From positions 11,842,001-11,906,000 of the forward strand of contig NC_047076.1 in NCBI RefSeq assembly GCF_902459465.1: a DNA stretch of 64,000 nt, read 5' to 3'. A program made the translations under genes and the position numbers. The notes under the pieces are model-generated. The model made no database searches. It saw only the letters and a list, made by a program, of their open reading frames with translations, and was not told where the DNA came from. The stretch comes from Asterias rubens (lineage: Eukaryota). How positions within the stretch are numbered: position 1 is the first letter of the stretch; each line of letters begins with the position of its first letter. Of the stretch, positions 41,701 to 52,900 are shown one piece after another.

Positions 41701-41769
41701 CTCCACTAAAATATAAAAAGTATATAGTTCAACTCTACTTACCACTGCTACTCGTTGAGGAGGAGACAT
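35774..41769 (-). CDS. CBR1: Carbonyl reductase [NADPH] 1-like SDR, copy A, 6 coding exons, 278 aa
   Basis: Exons 41743-41769 (or the identical copies 42020-42046 / 42297-42323), 40783-41046, 39697-39809, 38324-38449, 36833-36977, 35774-35935. All are GT-AG and total 837 nt open. Motifs: VTGSNKGIG, NNAG, YAMTK, CCPGYVDTDM. Exon sizes 2-6 are identical to copy B. Confidence 0.93.
36075..36461. mobile_element. Main TTAA MITE copy in CBR-A intron 5
   Basis: Terminal inverted repeats, TTAA flanks and the shared body. Confidence 0.85.
37075..37420 (+). mobile_element. tRNA-derived SINE interrupted by a ~190-bp TIR element (AGACCGATCC...GGATCGGTCT, about 37113-37300)
   Basis: The A box GTGGTCTAGTTGG and B box GGTTTGAATCCC are separated by the insert. 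The same insert family occurs in reverse at about 2970-3140. Confidence 0.65.
38532..38764. mobile_element. MITE in CBR-A intron 3
   Basis: TIRs GACTTGTGGACAAGTCGTTAA / TTAACGACTTGTCCACAAGTC. Confidence 0.7.
39098..39642. mobile_element. Main TTAA MITE interrupted by a nested 172-bp TIR element (39404-39575)
   Basis: The MITE body breaks at CTCTCCAT|...|ATTACTTG and resumes. The insert has TIRs ACGCCTTTCTTAATA / TATTAAGAGAGGCGT. Confidence 0.8.
40218..40612. mobile_element. Main TTAA MITE copy in CBR-A intron 2
   Basis: Terminal inverted repeats, TTAA flanks and the shared body. Confidence 0.85.
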
Positions 41770-42530
41770 CTTGCAGCTAACTTCTGAAGCTAAAAATGAG
41801 TTATGAGAGAGTGCTGACAAAGTCACGACGTAAATAATTAATTTGTCAAGTCATCGCGGATTATTTTACGTAAACAACAAACAGTGCAGCATGACTTTGC
41901 AGATTTTGTGTTGTGTTACGAAAAGACCGCGTGTCATCTTGACACCAATTTCTATCTGGTATTTTAAATGTTCCTTCCTCCACTAAAATATAAAAAGTAT
42001 ATAGTTCAACTCTACTTACCACTGCTACTCGTTGAGGAGGAGACATCTTGCAGCTAACTTCTGAAGCTAAAAATGAGTTATGAGAGAGTGCTGACAAAGT
42101 CACGACGTAAATAATTAATTTGTCAAGTCATCGCGGATTATTTTACGTAAACAACAAACAGTGCAGCATGACTTTGCAGATTTTGTGTTGTGTTACGAAA
42201 AGACCGCGTGTCATCTTGACACCAATTTCTATCTGGTATTTTAAATGTTCCTTCCTCCACTAAAATATAAAAAGTATATAGTTCAACTCTACTTACCACT
42301 GCTACTCGTTGAGGAGGAGACATCTTGCAGCTAACTTCTGAAGCTAAAAATGAGTTATGAGAGAGTGCTGACAAAGTCACGACGTAAATAATTAATTTGT
42401 CAAGTCATCGCGGATTATTTTACGTAAACAACAAACAGTGCAGCATGACTTTGCAGATTTTGTGTTGTGTTACGAAAAGACCGCGTGTCATCTTGTTTTA
42501 GTCTGAACACCAATTTCTATCTGGTATTTT
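41689..42530. repeat. 277-bp tandem triplication containing CBR-A coding exon 1
   Basis: Units start at 41689, 41966 and 42243. Identical ORFs at 41861 and 42138 in the supplied track differ by 277. Confidence 0.95.
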
Positions 42531-42885
42531 ACAACAATAAAATACGTTTAGGTACCATTCGTTGGACCGGAGGCAGCCAAAATGCGAGTTTTTAAAGTAT
42601 GACGATGAAGGTTGCTACGGCGTGAACATGGCGTCCTAGGAATTCAATGAACGAGTGGAGGGCGTGGCTAATAATGTCCAGGGTCCATCCAACAAGTGTC
42701 AAGTTAAAGGGGTTGTGTCGTCATGATTGAAGAAGTCATTTGTCGGTGGTACAAACCAACCACAGACATAAAGAACCTTCTGGTGATAGCGCCCTCTTTT
42801 GAATACTGCTCCTTCAGCCCATGTACATTTCCCATGGAGACAAAAACATATTGCAGGCACAGATTTCCCTAGGACACCGTAACTC

Positions 42886-43060
42886 CAGGTGTGGCGGTTT
42901 CAACTTTCCGCCGTGTTCAGTTTTCCGAATGACCAAATACGGTAACATTACGTCATGCGACGCCTGCGCACAGCAAGCGAAAGCAGTCAATTGTTATATG
43001 CTGTAAGTACTGAGTCCCGGAAAACTGAACACGACGGAAGACTGAAACCGCCACACCTGC
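42886..43060. mobile_element. MITE with ~40-bp TIRs
   Basis: AGGTGTGGCGGTTTCA...CGTGTTCAGTTTTCC / GGAAAACTGAACACG...TGAAACCGCCACACCT. Confidence 0.7.
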
Positions 43061-43099
43061 AAACAACGCTGCTATAATAAATTGTATTTCACATTGTAG

Positions 43100-43492
43100 T
43101 TAAAGACAGTGGACACTATTGGTAATTGTTAAAGACCAGTCTTCTCACTTGGTGTATCTCAACATGTGCATAAAATAACAAACCTGTGAAAATTTGAGCT
43201 CAATTGGTCGTCGAAGTTGCGAGAGATAATAATGAAAGAAAAAACACCCTTGTAACACTAAGTTGTGTGCGTTTAGATGGTTGATTTCGAGACCTCAAGT
43301 TCTAAACTTGAGGTCTCGAAATCAAATTCGTGGAACATTACTCCTTTCTCCAAAACTTCCGAGGGAAGCTTCAGAGGGAGCTGTTTCTCACAATGTTTTA
43401 TACCATCAACCTCTCCCCATTACTCGTTACAAAGTAAGGTTTTATGCCAATAATTATTTTGAGTAATTACCAATATTGTCCACTGCATTTAA
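43100..43492. mobile_element. Main TTAA MITE copy
   Basis: Terminal inverted repeats, TTAA flanks and the shared body. Confidence 0.85.
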
Positions 43493-43659
43493 TAGCTTCC
43501 TGTATAACAAATTATTTGAGCGTTCTTCCAGTTTTATAGCATACTGTAGTGTTACTGTATAGAAAGCCCTAAATACTCGGCTGCTGCGCTGGCAGTCTTC
43601 AATGAGGAAATATTTAACACAAAAAGCAACTGAGCAAATAGTCCACTCCGTCGTCGTTT

Positions 43660-44313
43660 CCAGACTTGACATGTGTAACTCACTTCTATGGTCTTCCTAA
43701 TACTCAAATTGAACGACTTCAGCGTATTCAGAACTATGCTGCTCGTGTTATCACCTTAAATAAAAAGTCCTGTCATATAACTCCGATTTTGAAAGAATTA
43801 CACTGGTTACCCGTAAGCAGTAGAGTTAAGTATAAACTTCTGCTTTTTGTGTATAAATCACTCACCAACAATGCCCCTGCATATATTGATGATCTACTCA
43901 AACCATGCAATCCTCCTCGCAAACTCCGGTCTTACAATCTAGTCTCCTTATTGAGCCCATATCCAAACATTCATGGGGAGACCGATCTTTCTCACATGCT
44001 GCCCCACGCCTATATGGAACAAATTGCCAGCACTAGTAAAATCATCTGTTTCTTTAACACAATTTAAGAAAAACCTTAAGACACATCTTTTCAACCAAGT
44101 ATTTGAGAAAATGGTTTGATTTCTACCCTTCGATGTTTTCTTTGATATTGCATTTGTATTGTATTTCTCTTCAACATGTTCTGGATTTCTTCTTAGCTTA
44201 GGCTTACGTTTCAATTTTGGTTATTGTATGTAAATATTATTCTTTGTATTTAGCGCCATGAGCACTTTGTTGGATTTGTGCGCTTTATAAGTTCTCATTA
44301 TTATTATTATTAA
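43660..44313 (+). mobile_element. L2/CR1-group LINE 3' fragment
   Basis: Translates to RLQRIQNYAARVI...HITPILKELHWLPV..RVKYKLLL, frameshifted C-terminally, with a tail GCGCTTTATAAG..(ATT)n. Confidence 0.85.
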
Positions 44314-45707
44314 TGTGCCCCTTATGCGTTACATGTCACTCTTGAAATATCAAATCGACACCTTTGGTTAAAAACCTTGCAATGTATACATTACAACCGC
44401 TTCCGATAATATAAAGCATTTTGAGAAACATTTTAACTTCGTAGTAATGTGTTAATTTAGTAAAAGGTTTTGGTTGAACAAAGAAAAATTGACTAGAGCG
44501 GGATTTGAACCAACGACCTCCGGTTTAACGTGCCGGAGGTCGTTGGTTCAAATCCCGCTCTAGTCATTTTTTCTTTGTTCAACCCAAAATTATTTATGAA
44601 ATGTACCCAGTCAGTTTCCCTTGTGGTTTGTTATTTGATAATTTAGTAAAAGGTATATGTTTTTCATGCCTCAAAATTTCAATCTTATAAGCGTCACTGT
44701 CAGTACACTCAGGGTGTTTATTTTATTGTATATATAATAGGCCTACACCTACAAATAGGATTACAACAATTGCACGGTAAAAAAAAAGCCAAAGGTTGCA
44801 GTGGACACTTTTGGTAATTACTCAAAATAATTATTATCAATATCTACTGACTGGGCAAATTTTGAAATGATTTTGGGGGTTGAACAAAGAATTGACTAGA
44901 GGGGGATTCGAACCAACGACCTCCGGCACGTTAATCCAATATAATTATTAGCACACAACCTTTATACCTGGTTAACGAGTTATGGGGAGGGTTGATTGTA
45001 TAAAACAATGTGAGAAACGGCTCCCTCCGAAGTAGGCCTAACGTAGTTTTCGCAAGAAGTAATTTTCCACGAATTTGATTTCGAGACCTCAGATTTAGAG
45101 TTTTGAGGTCTCGAAATCAACCATCTGAACTCCGTGGGGCAAGGGTGTTTTTTGCTTTCATTATGAATCTTCCAACTTTGATGACCGATTGAGCTCAAAT
45201 TTTCACAGGTTTGTTTATGCATATGTATGTTGAGACGCAGCAAGTAAGAAGACTGGTCTTTGACAATTACCAAAGGTGTCCAGTGTCCTATTCAGAAACG
45301 CTCTGCTGAGCAGAAACGCAGAGCTTCGGACACCACAATGCTGACAATTTTCAAAACCGGGCCAAAAAACAAGGTCAGACCACTCTATTACTTCCTCCAT
45401 GATCAGGCACCCAAAGCAATACAAATTCAAGCCATCTGGAAGCCACCTGTGGAATACATTAATTTCAGTTTCACAAGGTCAATTTGCTTCGCCCCTTTTT
45501 TGGCAAATATAATCTGTACACTTTCGAGACCAGAGAGACTAGACTTTTGTGGACAGTACTTTACAGTAACAGTAATCTCGCAATAGACAGAGTAAAGAGC
45601 AGTTTCACTATACTGCGACAGACATATTGCCCACAAGTTTACACATTTCAAGAGGTCAGGTGGTCGCCATTGAATGATGGATTGTGTTCTATTCGACGAA
45701 ATGAACA

Positions 45708-47709
45708 ATGATTTCACCAAAAATGTCCAAGCACCGAGCAGTAGTCGGAGCCCTCGTCTGCAGTATTGTATCAATATACGTGTTTTACTCGCTGTATGGA
45801 AGACATGTTTCCAGGTACACAACTTTGGTTCCAATACAAGATCAGTCAGAAGTAAAAGGTAAGTGACTTTCCAAGTTTACAGATTAAAATGTTGTGAATG
45901 TAGATCATCGGTAAATAAAAATAGATCAAACATTTCGCTTGATTCTACATAACAACACGAATTATTTTGTTTAAAGGGATGCTGCAGTGAATTTAAATAA
46001 AACAGTTAATTTTGCTGTCATTTACTTCTGGAATATGTTTTGAACATCAATAAAATGTGTTTTGTTTATTCCCGATATATCTAACTTGTGTACTTAGCGA
46101 ATAAGATGTGGATTGTTACCGCTCCCCCCCCCCCCCCCCCCCACCATCGACGTCAGGTCGGGAATACAAACAAAATCATCGGCAAAAAAAGTCTGGTCCC
46201 TAACTACACGCGCCTAGGTACCAGGCCACACACTGCACACGTGTGTACGTGTACTATTCACAAGGACGTACAGCTCGGGTTACAGACATGACGTCACGTT
46301 TTTTTGCAAATGAAGGTTCCCTTTTAGGGGCGGGCGGGTTCCCCTTATCTCTATAAAACCGTTTTTAAAATACTTGCGCATTTAATAAAAAATAATTAAA
46401 AATAGATAAGGTTTCAAAAGTCCTGTTTAATCGTTTAAATGAATAAAACAAAACATTGCAGCCACCCTTTATGACAGATAAGGTCATACCTTTCGATTCG
46501 ATCGTTCTATTATGTAGATTGAATATAAAAAACAAAAAACATGTGAACAATTACGTTTCAACAAATATTTGTTTCAAATATCTCAAAAACGCTTGCACAC
46601 AGAAACGATAATATTTTTTTTCTTTCTTTTTACCACACTTCGAAGTTAAATGTTTCTCATTAATGTTTTTCAATACAAACTCGGCTGAAGTTTCTAACCA
46701 ATTTTAAGAGTGATTAATACCAATTAGAGACTTCGGGACGCTAGGTGGCAGCAGACTTACCACATGTAAATGTCCATTGTTTACGTAGTTCTGAGCATGC
46801 ACACATGACCGAGAACAATAGATTTTACCAAGTAAGTCTGGTACCACCAAGCGTCCCAAAAGTCTATTGTTTAAATAATATCAGGCCTAACTCGAGCGAA
46901 GCAACTTCATCAGACACAGTTGCATTATTGTGAAATGCGCTCACTCATGAGCTCCGTAACATTTGAAACATTTGCTGCAAATACATAGTTGATGCATCAA
47001 TTTTTTTTTTTTGAATTTTCTGATAATCTCTTCTTTTTATTTTCATACAGGAACCACACAAAGGCATTCGACACCAACGCCAGTGATGGAGTACGAGTTC
47101 GTCATAGCCCACTACGATGAGAATCTTGACTGGTTGAAACCAGTGGCTAGTTTTACCCACGTGTACGACAAAAGTCACTTTCCAGGATCAAAACCGTCAT
47201 TTAGCGTCAAAGACTGGCAGGAACTCCCCAACGTTGGGAGGGAGGGCCACACCTATCTCTACCACATTATCAATAACTACGAAAACCTGGCAAATGTAAC
47301 TGTATTTCTCCAAGGCAAAATAGACAACCATGGCCGTTCAAAGACTTGCTATCCCACTCCGACGAAATTTCTCGAAAAAGCAAGAAGTGGAGTGCCATGT
47401 ATACTGATTGGAAAGCACACAAACTGGGGAAGGATTGCTTTCGACGGAAAATGGAAAGCTGAATACGCCCGTGGTACTATGCGCCATACAAACGGGACAT
47501 TTGGACAGTTTTTTCGAGAGCTATTTGGAAGGGCGCCACCACAGTTCATCGAGCATTGTTGGTCGGCCTGTTTCTCAGCGACAAGAAAGTGTCTCCAAAA
47601 GTATCCGAAGGCGTTTTATCAGAAAATGATTTCATACGTGGATGATCACCCGAACCCTGAGGAGGGTCATTATATAGAAAGATTGTGGCGTTTTATTGCC
47701 GTATGCTAA
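45708..47709 (+). CDS. DUF3431-like protein with N-terminal signal anchor, 2 coding exons, about 269 aa
   Basis: Exon 1 45708-45858 (MISPKMSKHRAVVGALVCSIVSIYVFYSLYGRH...EVKG|GTAAGT, phase 1) joins exon 2 47051-47709 (polypyrimidine-CAG acceptor, phase 1). The motifs VIAHYDENLDWL, LPNVGREGHTYLYHIINNYENL..TVFLQG and FSATR..L..YPKAFY...NPEEGHYIERLW resemble DUF3431 from memory. The start could be the second ATG at 45723. Confidence 0.8.
46725..46868. mobile_element. MITE in the DUF3431 gene intron; related copy at 31941-32087
   Basis: TIRs GACTTCGGGACGCTAGGTGGCAGCAGACTT / AAGTCTGGTACCACCAAGCGTCCCAAAAGTC. Confidence 0.6.
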
Positions 47710-47903
47710 ACGCCGATTCGTACGTACACTGGCCGCATGTCTTTATCCATAGGATAAAAATAGCAGGCACCGGCTTTACAAACCCAATAGTTTCATTGGC
47801 TGTGCGTGTGTTTACGTAAGCTTCATCTGGGTAATGATTGGTCAATAGTACATTATGGAAACTCGTGCATCGCCATTTTGTGTGCTACATTGTTGCTTTG
47901 CCT

Positions 47904-48284
47904 TTAAAGGCAGGCACTGAAAACTGTTGGTGATTAGTCAAACTAACTGTTAGCATACAATTATACTTGGTAAACTGTAATGGAGAGCTGTTGATAGTAT
48001 AAAACATTGTGAGAAACGGCTCCCTCTGAAGTAACGTAGTTTTCAAGAAAGAAGCAATTTCTCTTCTCACTAAAATAGAAATTGAGACCTCAGTCAAGGC
48101 ATCTAAAAGCAAACAACTTGTTCGACAAGTGTTTTTTTTTCTTCTTCCATTATTCTCTCGCAACTTCAACGACCAATTGAGTCCAAATTTGCACAGGTTT
48201 GCCTTTCTATGCATTTGTTGAGATGCATTAAGTTAGAAGACTGGTCTTTGACAATTACCAAAGATGTCCAGTGCATGCCTTTAA
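47904..48284. mobile_element. Main TTAA MITE copy
   Basis: Terminal inverted repeats, TTAA flanks and the shared body. Confidence 0.8.
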
Positions 48285-49512
48285 ACTATAAACAATTAAT
48301 TTTCAACGGAATGGTTTTATGGTGAAGTGGCAATGAGATACAAAACAAATATACAGTTTCAAAAAACATTACAATCACAAAGCTTGTAGTTTGAGCTATT
48401 TTGTATGAACTGTTTCTTTTTTAAAGCCGCATCCCACTGACTGCCTCTCTGCAATACAAAGATAAGTGGATTTGCAAACAATACAAATTTAATCAAAATG
48501 TGACAAGAACATAACACACAAATGTTTTTTAGGTGTTGTTTTGCCATAAAACTTTTTTGAACAGATGTCATGCCTCTATTTTCTCGTGAGCCAGATGGCC
48601 GATCGAGCTGAAACTGGCTACAGCTTTGTCAGTTTATGTATATGGTTGATTACATGTAAGTGCTAACACTGCCAGCAACTGTTTTGTTAGCCAAAAACCA
48701 AATTCTGTAATGGTCCTTTAAGTCAAAGTGTGTCCATTTTTGTCCTTAAATAGATACTCTATGATTTGCGATAGATTTGAAACTTTGCATGCTGGTAGAA
48801 ATACGATATGGAAAGGTTTGCGGTAACACCATGTAATAACTATCTCTAAAATGAGTTGGGCTGGTTCTGAAAAGAGATTTATTAGTCATTACATGGTGAT
48901 AGTCATTAATTGGCTTTACCGCAAACCTTTCCATATCAAATAATTTATTATGCGGTTATCGTATCTGTTTGCTCCATGATTGAGTTTTGTGATGGACACA
49001 TTTTCAAGTAAAAATGTAGTTTTCACCAGGTTTGCTACTTCATGGCTGATCACACAAAACATGAACACTGCCTGTGAGTATTGTTTGTCTGCTCTACCGA
49101 ACCTGTATATACAGTAACATTGTTTTTGCATGACCGGCACACCGAAGTGCAAGGATAAAAATATAAAGGTTACACATATAAAGGTTAAAAAGCGTTCAGG
49201 GCAGAACTGGTAGCATTTTCTAAAGAATTCATGCACAAACTGTAAACACCTATGTTATTGGCAAAAAGGGCTTTGATCAAATTTCAATCGTCCGATCACA
49301 ATAAATCAGAAGTGCATTGAATTGCTTAAAATAGCTTTCGCATAATGAGCTATCACCATCGCAACAACGCAGCACACCGAAACTGGCTCGATCATTTCGA
49401 TTTGGAAGACCGTATCAACCAAATAAGATGAGTGTTTGATACTTTGATGAAGTTATTTTGCTGACTTTAGGTAAGGTTCTGCGAGGCATGATTGCGGTTT
49501 TATGATTTGCTG

Positions 49513-49901
49513 TTAAAGGAACACGTTGCCTTGGATCGGTCGAGTTGGTATTTGAAAAGCGTCTGTAACCGTTTGTTATAAAATGCATACGATTAGAAAG
49601 ATATTTTAAAAGTAGAATAATGATCCACACAAGTATCACTCGAAATTGCCCGGTTTTCCTTTTACCACACGTCGACAAACACGGTCGGCCATTGTGGGAG
49701 TCAAATTGTTGACTCCAACAAATGGCCGACCGTGTTAGTTCGCAAAGTAAAGGAAAATGACGCAACTTCGAGGCAAATGAGGGTGGATCATTGTATTCTA
49801 CTTTTCAAACATCTTTCTAACCATATGCATTTTATAACAAACGGTTATCAAACGCTTTTCAAAGACCAACTCGACCGATCCAAGGCAACGTATTCCTTTA
49901 A
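49513..49901. mobile_element. Third TTAA-flanked MITE family, 70 bp upstream of the neurocalcin ATG
   Basis: TTAAAGGAACACGTTGCCTTGGATCGGTCGAGTTGG ... CCAACTCGACCGATCCAAGGCAACGTATTCCTTTAA. Confidence 0.85.
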
Positions 49902-49970
49902 AGTTTCAAACTGTTGCTCGGTAAACACTCCTGACAGTCTACTTTGGCATGAGCTGAAACCCAACACAGA

Positions 49971-52900
49971 ATGGGGAAACAGAACAGTAAGTTAAAACCT
50001 GAGGTACTGGCTGATCTAAAGAAAGCAACGAGTTTCAACGAACAGGAGCTGCAGGAATGGTACAAAGCATTCCAAAAAGGCAAGTATCGCACAAAACAAT
50101 TTAAAATTATTTTTAACGCAATTGGCATGACACCTTTTGGTAATTGTCAAAGACCAGCATTCCCACTTGGTGTGTCTCAATCGTATGCATATAACCTGTA
50201 AAAACTTTGGCTCCATTTGTCATCGAAGCTACAAGAGACTGATGAAAGAAAAAACAACCGTGTTGCACAATTAACTTGTGTGCTTTGAGTGCAAGTATCG
50301 TACAAAACAACGTCAATCTCCCCACGTTGGATCTAAATGCACTATAGACACCTCTGGTAAATGTCAAAGACCAGTATTCTCACTTGGTGTATCCCAATAA
50401 CCAATCTAAAATTTGAACTCAATTGGTCGCGAAGTTGCGAGATAACAATGGATGTGTCGCACGAGACATCCAGGCCCCACGAAATCAATTCAAATATTTG
50501 ACTGAGAAATTACCTCTTTCTCAAAAACTTTGTTACTTCAGAGGGAGCCGTTTCTGACAATGTTTTAAACTATCAACAGCTCTCCATTGTTCGTTTACCA
50601 AGTAAGTTTTAATGCTAACAATTATTTTTGAGTAATTACCAAGAGTCTCCACAGTGCCTTCAAACATGGAGGTAGAATTCCAAACATCTCAAAGTGATGC
50701 TATTTTTTCTACATTTCCGCAGACTGCCCCAGCGGTATCTTATCAGTAGACGAATTCCAGAAGATATATGGAGGTCTTTTCCCCTATGGTGATGCTACCA
50801 AGTTCGCAGCGCATGTCTTTAAATCGTTTGATAGCAACGGAGATGGGACCATCGACTTCCGGGAGTTCGTCACTGCTATGAATCTGACGTCACGCGGGAC
50901 CTTAGAGCAGAAGCTGACATGGGCGTTCAATATGTATGATTTGAACGGCAACGGCTACATATCCAAAACCGAGATGGTTGATATAATTGGTGTGAGTTGT
51001 TTAAAAACCCTTTTGAGTGTTCAATTCCCTTAAAGACACTGGACACTATCGGTAGTTGTCAAAGACCAGTCTTCTCACTTGGTGTATCTCAACATATGCA
51101 TAAAATAACAAACCTGTGCAAATTTGAGCTCAATTGGTCGTCGTAGTTGTGAGATAATAATGATCAAAAGAAAAAACACCCCTGCCACACGAAGTTGTGT
51201 ATTTTATACTGTCAACATCGCTTCAAAATTACTTCTTCCTCGAAAACTAGGTTACTTCAGAGGGAGCCGTTTATCACAATGTTTTATACTATCAACCTCT
51301 CCCCATTACTCGTTACCAAGTAAGGTTTTATGCTAATAATTATTTTGAGTGTCCACGGTCTTTAAAGTGTGCATTCCCTTCAGACAGGGGACCAGTATAT
51401 CTTGTTAAAAAACAGCGGGTAAACGACCTTGCCCTGGCAACTGAAACTTAAAATAAAAAAATGTATCAAGCCTATTCTCTTAGAAGTCAGGTAATGGGAC
51501 TTAAATTGAATTAATTTTCACCCACAAATTTGAATCTGAGATTCTCAGGTATCTGAAAGCACTCAAATTGTATGCACCAAGAGTGTTTTTGTGTCATTAT
51601 TTTCTAGCAACTTCTGTTGGGATACACCAAGTGAGGATACTGGTCTTAGAAAACCCCCAAGAGTTGTCACATAAATAAATTATTTTAAAATCATATAAAT
51701 TATTACATGATTATTATTCATTTTTTATTTTGCCATTTCTTAAACATACAATATTTTTATATAAAAAAGTATAATCTTTGCACAGAGCAAAAAGTGATGA
51801 AAAATACAGACAAAATACAAACATGGCAGCCAAGATTAAGGTGTACTTGAACACTTTGACTCAAAAGTCTGCAAATCTATGCAATGAGGACAAGAGCTCT
51901 CTGAGCTGTTCACACAAACGGTGACTACCAATAAAAACTATGGTATATATTACACTATTAGAGACTTGATTTGTCAAGTCTGAGATACATAAGATTTGAT
52001 GCATTGTATGGTGAGGTATCAGTATATGTTTGGTTTGCGGTAACACCATGTGTGTATCTACTTGCCAGGTAGAGTTTGTTCTTAGAGAACTCTTTCTTTA
52101 TTCGACTACCGCGGAGTAGATTTATCGGATGTAGGAGACTTCTCAGTTCTGAAAAGAATTGTCCTGCTTTTTAACTACTACCCTGGCGAATGGTATAGGA
52201 AATTGGCTGTACCTGGGAGTACTATTTTAGCTTATATAGGAGCGTAATTAAGTGCACTAACCGCGTAGTCGGTTCTTGAATTGGTCTCGACTGTTATAGG
52301 TCTGCAATAGAGCAGCACCTTGCACTGTATACTCTACTACAAGCATAGCTGCTGTCCTGGAGAGGTTACAAATTCAATTCTATGCTCTGTGCTGGTGCTG
52401 TCAAGATTGTGCTTTACAAGAAGGTGATATTGTCAATTTGTCCCGAGAGAGATTGGAAGCTCCATCCCTCTTATAGCTGGCATTGCAAACAGTTCTTATC
52501 AAAATATGATAAGAACCACAAGCACTTCTTTTGATATGGACAATGACTATTACAGACTTGAAGCCAAGTATATCTTATCAGGTTAATTTTCATGCAAACC
52601 ATCCCATAGTATTGGTGCGGGCACCCTAGTCTCCTCTCAATGATCCTCAGCCAACAATTTTAGGGCCACTAGGTGACAGTGTCTATATTTAGTTCTCCAA
52701 CCACAGTACAGTGACCCTTTTAGAAGAACCAATCAAAGCAGTGCCGTCTCTACACTAAAACATCTAAATCCCAATATCATAAAGGAACCAGCATCTTAAA
52801 CAATCTCCTGACGATGGTTAGAGCCAGCTTAAACAAACGTTGAGACCAGTTAAGAACTCCTAGGTAGTAAAGTTAATAACGAGAGGTCCCCTCAATCCGC

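Noticed and set aside
46124-46142. Poly-C/poly-G tracts (also about 494, 12180, 27654) as G-quadruplex elements
   Set aside because: These are simple homopolymers whose length is unreliable in assemblies, with no further evidence.
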